In this document: positions 12,749 through 21,847 of the stretch, piece by piece
Layout of the letters: every line of letters starts with the position of its first letter
How positions within the stretch are numbered: the stretch's first letter is position 1
NCBI GenBank assembly: GCA_000432015.1
Contig: HF985534.1
Span: forward strand, 20,720 to 53,627
Direction of reading: 5' to 3'
Source of the DNA: Clostridium sp. CAG:1024
GTDB taxonomy: Bacteria; Bacillota; Clostridia; Christensenellales; CAG-138
Length of the DNA: 32,908 nt
Translations under genes and position numbers: made by a program
Notes under the pieces: generated by a model
What the model saw: the letters and a program-made list of their open reading frames with translations, nothing else
The model's database searches: none
What the model was told of the DNA's origin: nothing

Positions 12749-15376
12749 ATGGCACAGAACATGACGCCAATGATGCGCCAATACATGGAGCTCAAAGAGA
12801 AATATCAGGACTGCCTGCTCTTTTTTCGGCTGGGCGATTTTTATGAGATGTTCTTTGAAGACGCCAAAACCGCATCCAAAGAGCTTGATCTTGTACTGAC
12901 CGGTCGAGATTGCGGCATGAGCGAGAGAGCGCCAATGTGCGGCGTTCCATACCATTCGGTCGATGTTTATATCAACAAGCTCATTCAGAAAGGATATAAG
13001 GTCGCCATCTGCGAGCAGCTTGAAGATCCCGCGCTTGCCAAAGGCCTTGTCGAGCGTGATGTGATCCGTATCATCACACCCGGAACGGTCATTGAAGACC
13101 GAATGCTGCAGGAAGGCGAGAATAACTATATCGCTGCGATCTTTGTCGGCGAACAACGCATCGGCCTATCGTATGCCGATGTCTCCACGGGCGCGTTTTT
13201 TACAGGTGAGCTTTCCGGCGTACAGCGCCATACGGAGCTGCTCGATGAACTCATGCGTCTACACCCCACGGAGATCATTGCAAACGACGCCCTGTTCTTG
13301 CAGCCGTTACTGCAAAAACGAATCGCTTCTTCCTATTTTCTTGAGCACTATCAGGAAAAGGCTTTTTTGCCTGCATCCGCGCGGGACCGGCTTCTCCGGC
13401 ACTTTCAAGTCGCTTCTTTGACTGGTTTCGGATGCGAGGAAATGCCGTATGCCGTCTCTGCTGCGGGCGCATTGATGCAGTATTTGGAAGATACGCAAAA
13501 AAATGCGCTGTCACACATTCGAAGGCTACGTCTGCTCAATCGAACGGAATACATGCAGATCGATGCATCCACGCGTCGCAATTTGGAACTGACTCGTCCG
13601 CTGCGAAGCGATGGCAGCAAGCGAAACACGTTGCTTTCGCTTCTGAATTCAACAAAATCTGCAATGGGAAACCGTCTGCTGCGCGATTGGATCGATCGGC
13701 CACTTCAGTCTGTCCAGAAGATCGAATATCGACAGGCTGCTGTTCGCGAAATCAACGAGGACTTGCTGTTCCGCAACGAACTCCGTGAGCAGCTTTCCTC
13801 CATCTATGACATTGAACGACTTTGCAGCAAGATTGTCTATGGTTCTCTGAATGCGAGAGACTGTACCGCATTGCGTTCGACACTCGGCCGCATCCCACCG
13901 CTGCGTGCTTTATTGACCGACCGCAAATCCGCAGCACTGTGTAGAATCAAGGAGCAGCTCGATGACATGGAGGACATCGCCAATCTTCTTCTTTCTGCGA
14001 TTGTTGACGAACCGCCCGTCAGTGTGAAAGACGGGGGGATTATTCGTGAGGGCTACAATAGTGAGGTGGATACGCTGCGTTCCATCAAGCGCAACAGTAA
14101 GGAATGGCTTGCTCAGTTTGAGGCATCTGAGCGGGAACACACTGGAATCAAAAACCTGAAAATCGGTTTTAATCGTGTGTTCGGCTATTATATAGAGATC
14201 ACAAAATCAAACTATGCGCAGATTCCGTACCATTACCAGCGCAAACAGACCCTTGCAAACGCGGAGCGCTTTATCACGCCCGAGCTCAAGGAAATGGAGC
14301 AGCAGATACTAGGCGCTGACGAGCGGTTGGTTGAGCTTGAATACAAACTGTTTGTGCAGATTCGGGAGACACTGCTGCACAGTACAGCGCGGCTGCAGTC
14401 CAACGCTGCGCTTCTCGCCGAACTGGACTGTTATCAATCGCTTGCGGAGGTTGCAGCTTCATACGCCTACGTTTGCCCACATGTCACCGATGGGAAAACT
14501 ATTTCCGTTGAAAATGGGCGGCACCCGGTTGTCGAACGGGGAATGCGCGGTGGGTTTGTGCCGAATGATGTGAATTTGGACGCTGACGAAAACCGTCTTT
14601 TAATTATCACCGGCCCGAATATGGCCGGGAAAAGCACTTACATGCGTCAGGTTGCCTTGATCGTGCTAATGGCGCATATTGGGTCGTTTGTTCCTGCGAC
14701 AAAAGCAGAGATCGGACTTGTCGACCGGATCTTTACCCGCATCGGCGCAAGCGACGATCTTTCCGCCGGACAGAGCACCTTTATGGTCGAAATGAGCGAG
14801 ATGGCAAATATTCTCAATAATGCTACCGCAAACAGTCTTTTGATCCTCGATGAAGTCGGCCGCGGCACCAGTACGTTCGACGGCCTCAGTATTGCCTGGG
14901 CAATACTGGAGCATATTTCCGATCAAAAAATCTGCGGTGCAAAAACACTGTTTGCGACCCACTATCATGAGCTCACAGAGCTCGAGGGAAAAATCCCCGG
15001 CGTTAAAAACTATCGAATTTCTGTAAAAGAGCTTGGGGACGACATCCTGTTTTTGCGAAAAATCGTCCGCGGCAGCGGAGACAAGAGCTTCGGGATCCAG
15101 GTCGCGCGTCTCGCGGGATTGCCCGATGAAGTTTTGAAACGCGCAAGCGTGATCTTAGAAGAGCTTGAGCACGCGGATATTGCAAATCGAACAAAGAAGG
15201 CAGAGCCGCAGGCCAGCGTCGTTCAGTGCTCTTTGCTTGAATCGGATGCATCGGCTACGCTTCTCCGCGTGCTTAATGAGATGAATCCGGATGCTTTGAC
15301 GCCAATCGAGGCGCTGCACGAATTGTACACACTGAAAGCTATCGCGGCAGGCCAGGGAGGGGCTACGCTATCGTGA
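12749..15376 (+). CDS. mutS: DNA mismatch repair protein MutS
   Basis: The track ORF starts at 12617. I chose ATG 12749 (MAQNMTPMMRQYMELKEKYQDCLLFFRLGDFYEMFF), which is the canonical MutS N-terminus. Motifs include Walker A GPNMAGKST and STFMVEM. Confidence 0.95.
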   Translation: MAQNMTPMMRQYMELKEKYQDCLLFFRLGDFYEMFFEDAKTASKELDLVLTGRDCGMSERAPMCGVPYHSVDVYINKLIQKGYKVAICEQLEDPALAKGLVERDVIRIITPGTVIEDRMLQEGENNYIAAIFVGEQRIGLSYADVSTGAFFTGELSGVQRHTELLDELMRLHPTEIIANDALFLQPLLQKRIASSYFLEHYQEKAFLPASARDRLLRHFQVASLTGFGCEEMPYAVSAAGALMQYLEDTQKNALSHIRRLRLLNRTEYMQIDASTRRNLELTRPLRSDGSKRNTLLSLLNSTKSAMGNRLLRDWIDRPLQSVQKIEYRQAAVREINEDLLFRNELREQLSSIYDIERLCSKIVYGSLNARDCTALRSTLGRIPPLRALLTDRKSAALCRIKEQLDDMEDIANLLLSAIVDEPPVSVKDGGIIREGYNSEVDTLRSIKRNSKEWLAQFEASEREHTGIKNLKIGFNRVFGYYIEITKSNYAQIPYHYQRKQTLANAERFITPELKEMEQQILGADERLVELEYKLFVQIRETLLHSTARLQSNAALLAELDCYQSLAEVAASYAYVCPHVTDGKTISVENGRHPVVERGMRGGFVPNDVNLDADENRLLIITGPNMAGKSTYMRQVALIVLMAHIGSFVPATKAEIGLVDRIFTRIGASDDLSAGQSTFMVEMSEMANILNNATANSLLILDEVGRGTSTFDGLSIAWAILEHISDQKICGAKTLFATHYHELTELEGKIPGVKNYRISVKELGDDILFLRKIVRGSGDKSFGIQVARLAGLPDEVLKRASVILEELEHADIANRTKKAEPQASVVQCSLLESDASATLLRVLNEMNPDALTPIEALHELYTLKAIAAGQGGATLS

Positions 15377-17322
15377 ACAGGATTCGAGTTCTTTCCCCGC
15401 TCGTCGCCAATCAAATCGCGGCCGGCGAGGTGGTAGAACGTCCCGCCTCCGTCGTAAAAGAGTTAGTAGAGAATTCTATTGATGCAGGCGCGACATTCAT
15501 TACCGTTGAGATCGAAAACGGCGGTATTGATCTGATCCGCGTAATCGATAACGGGAGCGGTATTCCCTCCGAGGATTGTGAGACTGCCTTTTTGCGTCAT
15601 GCGACCAGCAAGATTGCTGCTGCAGATGATATTTCCCATATTCATACGCTTGGTTTCCGCGGTGAGGCGCTCGCTTCGATCGCGTCGGTTGCGGATGTCA
15701 CGCTGATCACACGAACCGAAGACGCGGAAAGCGGTATGCAAGTCCGTATGGACAATGGCGCCCTTTTGGAACGCCGCGCATGTGCTGCCGCCAAAGGCAC
15801 AACACTGGAAGTCCGCGATTTGTTTGCAAAAACGCCGGCACGCTTAAAATTCTTAAAGAATACGCGCACGGAAGCCGGATATATCGGGGACTATATCTCC
15901 CGCATGATTATGGCGCTCCCAAGCATTGCATTTCAATATATGAACAATGGGAAAACCGTTTACCAAACATATGGTGACGGAAATCTACGAAATGCAGTAT
16001 TCTGTATCTATGGATCAAGTGTTTTGGCGCATCTGAAAGATGTTTTCTTTGATGATGGCTATCTTCGCATCACGGGCTATATCGGCGATGCGGAGCTGGC
16101 CCGTCCAAACCGTCTGCAGCAATCGATCTATCTGAATGAACGATATATTCGCTCAGCTTCGATTTCGAATGCAATTCTTCGCGCATATGATACGCGGCTG
16201 ATGTCCGGACGTTTCCCGTTTGCCGTGTTGAATTTGCGCATCGCAACAACAGAGGTCGACGTCAACGTGCATCCTACAAAAATGGAGGTGCGCTTTGCCG
16301 ATGATCGCCGCGTAACATCATCTGTTTACAGCGCTTGTGTCCGCGCTCTTGAAGTTCCAGTCAATCAGCGTGAGGCTATGCCCGCGTACACTGATCCTGT
16401 CAGCGTTCAGCACGATCTTGGGGAAGCAACGGCGCTTGCGAAGTATACCTCGGTTATCAAAGAGAAGTCTGCTCCATCATTGCCGACGGATTCTTTGCCC
16501 CGTCCAATGATCAAGTGGAGCGACGATGACATCGGAAGCCGGCGGCGCGATCCTGTTTTGTGTGAGCCCACGTTGTACCACCCGCGCGTTCCGATGCCAA
16601 CGCAGACTACTACCGACGCGCGTGCGAATGAGATACACGTGTCCGGCATTCAGACTTCTCTCTCCGGCATAGATGAACCGTCAACGGCTGAAGCGCTCGC
16701 TCCCGCCGCAGTTGACGATGGCGCCGATGTGCGCAAGATTTTCGCACAGTCGCCGTATCGAATTGTCGGAGCGGTGTTCGCAGGGTATTGGATCGTCGAG
16801 CAGGGTGATACGCTGTTTTTGATTGATCAACATGCAGCGCATGAGCGCCGTCTTTACGAAAGACTTATCTCCCGCGATATTGTCCCGGTATCGCAACCTT
16901 TGCTTGTGCCGGAAGCGGTTCGGCTTACCCCCGGCTCGGAAGCCTTACTTGACACCTATCGCCAGCAACTCGAAGAGATCGGTTTTCTCTTTCAGGTCGA
17001 TGACGCATCTGAATGCCTTCTTGTAACATCCGTTCCAGTTGTCAACGGCGTTCCGCTGCGCTTGGAAGGGCTGTTCGAGGCCTTGGCTCTTTTGGATCAG
17101 ACTGGCAGCGTTTCACGCAAGGAACTCGCGCGCCGCGCCCTCATACAGGCTTCCTGTAAACATGCCGTCAAGATTACAGAGCATCTTTCGCAGGAAGAGA
17201 TCGCATGTTTGCTTCAAGAGTACTCCGAGCATGGCGTTCCAATGACCTGCCCGCACGGCAGGCCCGTCATGGTGCAGCTTTCGAAGCTGGATCTCGAGAA
17301 AATGTTTAAGCGAGTTGTTTAA
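15373..17322 (+). CDS. mutL: DNA mismatch repair protein MutL
   Basis: 649 aa. The GHKL N-terminus reads LSPLVANQIAAGEVVERPASVVKELVENSIDAG. The GTG start overlaps the mutS stop by 4 nt. Confidence 0.95.
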   Translation: MNRIRVLSPLVANQIAAGEVVERPASVVKELVENSIDAGATFITVEIENGGIDLIRVIDNGSGIPSEDCETAFLRHATSKIAAADDISHIHTLGFRGEALASIASVADVTLITRTEDAESGMQVRMDNGALLERRACAAAKGTTLEVRDLFAKTPARLKFLKNTRTEAGYIGDYISRMIMALPSIAFQYMNNGKTVYQTYGDGNLRNAVFCIYGSSVLAHLKDVFFDDGYLRITGYIGDAELARPNRLQQSIYLNERYIRSASISNAILRAYDTRLMSGRFPFAVLNLRIATTEVDVNVHPTKMEVRFADDRRVTSSVYSACVRALEVPVNQREAMPAYTDPVSVQHDLGEATALAKYTSVIKEKSAPSLPTDSLPRPMIKWSDDDIGSRRRDPVLCEPTLYHPRVPMPTQTTTDARANEIHVSGIQTSLSGIDEPSTAEALAPAAVDDGADVRKIFAQSPYRIVGAVFAGYWIVEQGDTLFLIDQHAAHERRLYERLISRDIVPVSQPLLVPEAVRLTPGSEALLDTYRQQLEEIGFLFQVDDASECLLVTSVPVVNGVPLRLEGLFEALALLDQTGSVSRKELARRALIQASCKHAVKITEHLSQEEIACLLQEYSEHGVPMTCPHGRPVMVQLSKLDLEKMFKRVV

Positions 17323-18284
17323 TGCGTATGGATAACAAAGTCGTGGCATGCATTGTGGGGCCGACTGCCAGTGGAAAAAGCGCCCTTGCCGTTTCTCTTG
17401 CAACACGTTTTCAAACCGAAATCGTTTCCGCCGATTCCGTACAGGTCTATCGGGAAATGGACATCGGTTCCGCAAAGCCAAGCCAAATGGAACGCGACTG
17501 TGTTCCGCACCACATGATCGATTGCCTGCCGATTGATACGCCGGATTTTTCTGTTGCGAAGTACTCCGCTATGGCCTTTCCCGTATTGGATGCCTTGATC
17601 GCAAGTGGAAAACTCCCCATTATCGTGGGGGGCAGCGGGTTATACATTGCCGCTATTACAAATCCGCTGCACTTTGCAGTGCCGTCAGATGAAATGATCC
17701 GTCGAGAACTAACAGCAGCGTATTCCTCCGACCCTGATAGTCTTCGTGCAGAGCTTCGCCGCGTTGATCCGGATTCTTTCGCTCGTTTGCACCCGAATGA
17801 TGCAAAGCGCATCGTTCGAGCTTTGGAGGTCTACCGCTGCTCGGGTCGATCAATCTCCTCGTTTGGAAGTGATTTCCATAATGACGGCGGGGCCAAGCCC
17901 CCATATCGTGCTATACAGATCGGGCTTTCCATGGAGCGGCAGCACCTGTACGATCGAATCAATCGGCGTGTGGACAACATGTTTGCATGCGGGCTTCTGG
18001 ACGAAGCACTCAAAATTTATCACGCCGGATATGATCGTCGGCTTCCGGCAATGCAGTCCATCGGATATCGACAGCTATTCGATTACTTTGATGGGTATTG
18101 TACATTGGATGAAGCCCGAGAAAACATCAAGCGGGAAACACGACGATTTGCTAAGCGGCAAATGACCTGGTTTCGGCGAGACCACAGAATTCACTGGCTT
18201 CCGGCAGATGAATTGTCGGAGGCTGAGTTAACGGAACGCGCAACAGCGCTGATACTGCAAGAAAAGGAGCAGAATATCCTATGA
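17322..18284 (+). CDS. miaA: tRNA dimethylallyltransferase MiaA
   Basis: 320 aa with P-loop GPTASGKS and blocks ADSVQVYREMDIGSAKP and QMTWFRR. The ATG overlaps the mutL TAA by 1 nt. An alternative ATG lies at 17328. Confidence 0.93.
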   Translation: MRMDNKVVACIVGPTASGKSALAVSLATRFQTEIVSADSVQVYREMDIGSAKPSQMERDCVPHHMIDCLPIDTPDFSVAKYSAMAFPVLDALIASGKLPIIVGGSGLYIAAITNPLHFAVPSDEMIRRELTAAYSSDPDSLRAELRRVDPDSFARLHPNDAKRIVRALEVYRCSGRSISSFGSDFHNDGGAKPPYRAIQIGLSMERQHLYDRINRRVDNMFACGLLDEALKIYHAGYDRRLPAMQSIGYRQLFDYFDGYCTLDEARENIKRETRRFAKRQMTWFRRDHRIHWLPADELSEAELTERATALILQEKEQNIL

Positions 18285-19522
18285 GTATTGAGATTTCGGA
18301 TCGAGCCAAGGAGCTTGTTTGGAACGCGGAACATCGCTGTTCCGACGCATTTGCTCGGATCGATTCCATTGAAGCGGTTACGATGCAGCGTGTTTTATCC
18401 GCCTTTCAGGCCGCGTCCGTTGCTTCGCGTCACTTCACCCCGACGACCGGCTATGGATATGAAGACATTGGGCGTGATACGCTGGATGTTGTCTTCGCTG
18501 ATGCCCTCCAGGCAGATTCCGCGCTTGTACGTCCCCAGTTTGTTAATGGGACACATTCGCTCTTTACCATGCTTGCCGGCATAACGGAGCCGGGCGACGT
18601 GATTCTTTCCGCCACCGGTAAGCCCTATGATACGCTGGAGGAAGCGATCGGAATCCGAGGAAACGCGCCGCATTCCCTTAAACGGCAGGGTGTGCATTTC
18701 CGGCAAATTGAGCTGCAAGATGGCGGAGAGATTGATCTGGACGCGCTCGAATCCTGTCTGGACGGGAGCGTCAAAGTTGTATATTTCCAACGCTCGCGCG
18801 GGTATGCATGGCGTCAATCGCTCGGGCAGCACCAGTTGGAGGAGGCCTTTTCGTTCATACACCAACGTCTCCCGGGCGTCATCATTGCTGTTGATAACTG
18901 TTATTGCGAATTCTGCGAAATCAACGAACCCACGGCTTACGGCGCTGATATTATGGCAGGTTCGCTGATTAAGAATCCCGGCGGCGGACTTGCTCCGACC
19001 GGTGGATATGTGGCAGGTAAGAGTGCGCTTGTTGAACGCGTAGCGCAGCGGCTGACCGTGCCGGGGCTCGGCGCCGAAGTCGGCTCCTACGCCGGCGACT
19101 ATCGCGTTTTCTATCAAGGTCTGTTTATGGCGCCGCACACCGTCGCGCAGTGCTTAAAGAGCGTTGCGCTATTTGCTGCATGCCTTGAGCAGCTCGGATT
19201 CGAAACGCTCCCAGCGTACAACGATCCTCGTAGTGATATTGTGGAGTCCATTCGTTTTGGTTCTCCCGAGAAGCTCATCCAGTTTTGCAAGGGGATTCAA
19301 AAAGCTGCCCCTGTGGACAGCAATCTTGTTCCTGAACCATGGGATATGCCTGGCTATGCCGATCCCGTGATCATGGCGGAAGGCTCGTTTGTGCAAGGAG
19401 CCACAACCGAATTGAGCGTGGATGGCCCGATGCGGGCGCCATATATCGGATACCTACAGGGGAGCCTTACTTATGCGCATGGACGCATTGCGGCCATGCT
19501 GGCGGTTGATGCGCTTCTATAG
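18281..19522 (+). CDS. Aluminium-resistance / methionine gamma-lyase-like PLP enzyme family protein (YnbB-like)
   Basis: 413 aa. The N-terminal block ...FTPTTGYGYEDIGRDTLDVVFADAL... is typical of this family. It overlaps the miaA stop by 4 nt. No hfq lies between miaA and this gene. Confidence 0.8.
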   Translation: MSIEISDRAKELVWNAEHRCSDAFARIDSIEAVTMQRVLSAFQAASVASRHFTPTTGYGYEDIGRDTLDVVFADALQADSALVRPQFVNGTHSLFTMLAGITEPGDVILSATGKPYDTLEEAIGIRGNAPHSLKRQGVHFRQIELQDGGEIDLDALESCLDGSVKVVYFQRSRGYAWRQSLGQHQLEEAFSFIHQRLPGVIIAVDNCYCEFCEINEPTAYGADIMAGSLIKNPGGGLAPTGGYVAGKSALVERVAQRLTVPGLGAEVGSYAGDYRVFYQGLFMAPHTVAQCLKSVALFAACLEQLGFETLPAYNDPRSDIVESIRFGSPEKLIQFCKGIQKAAPVDSNLVPEPWDMPGYADPVIMAEGSFVQGATTELSVDGPMRAPYIGYLQGSLTYAHGRIAAMLAVDALL

Positions 19523-19543
19523 CCGGACAAAACATCGGAGCGG

Positions 19544-20194
19544 TTAAAACCTGCGCATCAACCCGATGACCTTTCCGGCAATCTCTACCTTGTCATATGG
19601 AACGAAGATAGGGGAGTAGAGCTCGTTTTCCGGTTGAAGCCGTACGCCGTCTTTTTCACGATAGATTCGCTTTACTGTTACGGTTTCTTCTTCTGTGCGA
19701 GCAACGACGATGTCGCCGTCTTCGAAACGGATGGATCGGTCTACAAGGAGCAGATCACCATCGTGGATGCCCGCATTGACCATGCTGTCGCCCTGTACGC
19801 GCAGCAAGTAAGTCTCATCGCCGAAACGTCCATGTAGAAGCACGCTTGGAACGGCGATGTTGTCTTCGATTTGCTCGACCGCAAGGATCGGAACTCCGGC
19901 CGCGACCTTGCCGATGAGAGGGATCTTTTGCGCATCAACCGCAGCAGAAGCAGCAACCTTCGCAGCTGGTTCCTCTTCATCCTGCTGTGTCAATATGAGG
20001 GCGCGTTGTTTCGAGGGATCGCGCGTCAGCATCCCTTTTTGCTCCATATTTTTTAGATGCGTATGCACCGTAGCGGTTGAACGCAAACCCACCGCCTGTC
20101 CGATTTCGCGGACAGAGGGGGGGAAGCCGTTTTCTTTATAATAAGCTTGGATATACTCATAAATTGCTTGCTGAGGATTGTCAAGTTTCTTCAT
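19544..20194 (-). CDS. lexA: LexA repressor (SOS regulon)
   Basis: 216 aa. It has the wHTH SVREIGQAVGLRSTATVHTHL, the cleavage/peptidase S24 motifs VQGDSM and TVKRIY, and AGGAGA 9 nt upstream of the ATG. Confidence 0.95.
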   Translation of the reverse strand: MKKLDNPQQAIYEYIQAYYKENGFPPSVREIGQAVGLRSTATVHTHLKNMEQKGMLTRDPSKQRALILTQQDEEEPAAKVAASAAVDAQKIPLIGKVAAGVPILAVEQIEDNIAVPSVLLHGRFGDETYLLRVQGDSMVNAGIHDGDLLLVDRSIRFEDGDIVVARTEEETVTVKRIYREKDGVRLQPENELYSPIFVPYDKVEIAGKVIGLMRRF

Positions 20195-20253
20195 TTATCG
20201 GTTTCTCCTTGTTGCCGGATATAGCGTTCCATTGAATACTTACAGTATAACAC

Positions 20254-20267
20254 AAAACAATTGTTTT
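20254..20267. promoter_or_regulatory. Perfect 14-bp palindrome AAAACAATTGTTTT, possible secondary LexA site
   Basis: It keeps the AAC-N4-GTT core of the Gram-positive SOS box. It lies between the -10 and -35 of the inferred lexA promoter. Confidence 0.4.
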
Positions 20268-20268
20268 G

Positions 20269-20282
20269 GAAACATTTGTTCG
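20269..20282 (-). promoter_or_regulatory. SOS (Cheo) box
   Basis: The minus strand reads CGAACAAATGTTTC. This satisfies every position of the consensus CGAACRNRYGTTYC. It lies between lexA and the divergent ORF that starts at 20302. Confidence 0.8.
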
Positions 20283-20301
20283 CGAAGAGAGGGCGAGATT
20301 C

Positions 20302-20625
20302 ATGAATTGTATCCTAAATCAATCCAAAACCTGCGATCACTGCGGCGACTGTGATAATCGTTGCCAATTAGATCCAACGAAACTCTGCGATAACTGCTTT
20401 CGTTGCCTGGACGATCCCAATCAAAAAGACTATGCAGACATCGAGATTACTGATATTCTCACAAATCTAGACACGGATTCAATCGATTCGGCGTTTTCCG
20501 ATATAATCTGGGAAACTGGCATCCGCCGAAAGATATTGATTGGAACACTTCGCGGCGTTATCGGCCGACACAGTCGATCGAGCAGAATGGCTCGAAAAGC
20601 ATATCGCGCAAAGAGCAGTCGATAA
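20302..20625 (+). CDS. Cysteine-rich small protein (107 aa), divergent from lexA; function unknown
   Basis: The track ORF starts with TTG at 20266, inside the SOS box. I prefer ATG 20302, which has AGAGAGGG upstream. The N-terminus carries CDHCGDCDNRC (CX2CX2CX3C) and CDNCFRC (CX2CX2C). The middle is acidic and the tail is basic (RHSRSSRMARKAYRAKSSR). Confidence 0.6.
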   Translation: MNCILNQSKTCDHCGDCDNRCQLDPTKLCDNCFRCLDDPNQKDYADIEITDILTNLDTDSIDSAFSDIIWETGIRRKILIGTLRGVIGRHSRSSRMARKAYRAKSSR

Positions 20626-20655
20626 TGGCATAACGGAAAGGCACAAAACCGGTTG

Positions 20656-20687
20656 GCCTCATTCATCCTCACGCAAATGAATGAGGC
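20656..20687. terminator. Hairpin at the convergent junction of the Cys-rich ORF and the recombinase gene
   Basis: An 11-bp stem, GCCTCATTCAT (20656-20666) with ATGAATGAGGC (20677-20687), encloses a 10-nt loop. It overlaps the last codons of the recombinase. No clean U-tract follows on either strand. Confidence 0.3.
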
Positions 20688-21714
20688 GAGCAGCTTTCCT
20701 GCGATTATCCTCCGATTGCGCTGCGTAATGCTTTCTGGTCGTATTAACATCCTTGTGACCCAGTACGTCCGCCACCAAATAAATATCGTTTGATTCCTGA
20801 TATAACAATGTTCCGTAAGTGCTGCGGAGTTTGTGTGGTGTGATTTTCTTTAACGGCACTGCTGCTCTCGCGTATTTTTTGACCAAGTTTTCAACTGCGC
20901 GCGCAGTCATCCTTCGATTCTGCATCGAGAGGAAGAATGCTTTTTCGTGCCCTTCCAAGGGCGTCCGCAGCGCACGTTCTTCCGCATACGAAGCAAGCGC
21001 CTCTGCAACCTCGTCACTAAGCGCAAGGATCTCCTGATTACCGCCTTTTCGCACGACAGAAAACGCATTATTGGAAAAATCTACATCGCTGCAATCGATT
21101 CCTACCAGTTCGCTGATTCGAATCCCTGTGCCAAGAAACAAAGTCAGGATTGCTACATCACGAGTTCGAGTTGCCATGTGATAGGCTTTTTGGCGTGCGG
21201 ATAAATTCTCGCCGTTCTCCGCCTGATCTAAAAGCGTAGCGATTTCATTGGGCTCAAGCCGAACAATGGCATTGTCATTGATTTTCGGCATTTCAACTAA
21301 CGTAGCAACGTCAGCGTCAAGAGCTTCCAATTTGAAATAATACTTGAAAAAAGAACGAATTGCCGAGAGCTTCCGTTTCCGACTTTTGTCATGATTGCTG
21401 CGTTCTCGATCAGAAGCAGTGTAATATAGAGAAACAAACTCTAAATAACGCTCAATGTCCTGCGTTCTTATCAGCTTCAAATCGGCGATTGTCAAAGAGG
21501 ATAGAGGACGACCAGAAAATAGCTGATCCTCTGCCGTAAGGAACCGAAAAAAACTACGCAGATCAACCGCGTAACCATATCTTGTCAGTACAGAGAGGTT
21601 TTTGTTTGCCAGACTTCGAAAGAAGGCCTCGCAGAAATCCGGAAGCTGCAACAAAATGTCGCGGATTTTCTTTGTATAAATCGCTTCTTTTTGCATCTGA
21701 AACTGATTCGGCAT
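20659..21714 (-). CDS. Tyrosine recombinase, XerC/XerD/phage-integrase family (~351-355 aa)
   Basis: It has an N-terminal SAM-like core-binding domain. Catalytic residues appear as TGIRISE (Arg), HKLRST (His-x-x-Arg), LGHKDV (His) and RKHY (Tyr). The track start is GTG 21726, only 1 nt after AGGAG. ATG 21714 lies 13 nt after AGGAG, so the start is uncertain. Confidence 0.88.
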   Translation of the reverse strand: MPNQFQMQKEAIYTKKIRDILLQLPDFCEAFFRSLANKNLSVLTRYGYAVDLRSFFRFLTAEDQLFSGRPLSSLTIADLKLIRTQDIERYLEFVSLYYTASDRERSNHDKSRKRKLSAIRSFFKYYFKLEALDADVATLVEMPKINDNAIVRLEPNEIATLLDQAENGENLSARQKAYHMATRTRDVAILTLFLGTGIRISELVGIDCSDVDFSNNAFSVVRKGGNQEILALSDEVAEALASYAEERALRTPLEGHEKAFFLSMQNRRMTARAVENLVKKYARAAVPLKKITPHKLRSTYGTLLYQESNDIYLVADVLGHKDVNTTRKHYAAQSEDNRRKAARLIHLREDE

Positions 21715-21818
21715 TCCACAATTCACACTCCTGATATAGCAGACTTAGGCTAAACAAAATGCAATTCACGAAAACGAATGCAAGGGAACGTTTTGACTGG
21801 AATTGCTTCCACCGGTTT

Positions 21819-21847
21819 ATTGTATCACAACTATTCGTTAAACGCAA
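21819..21847 (-). promoter_or_regulatory. Putative promoter for the recombinase gene, embedded in the palindrome
   Basis: The minus strand reads TTGCGT (21847-21842), a 17-nt spacer, then TGATACAAT (extended -10, TACAAT = 21824-21819). Confidence 0.35.

Noticed and set aside
18395-19138. 247-aa minus-strand ORF
   Set aside because: It is antisense to the YnbB-like PLP enzyme gene, which is translationally coupled to miaA. I see no motifs.
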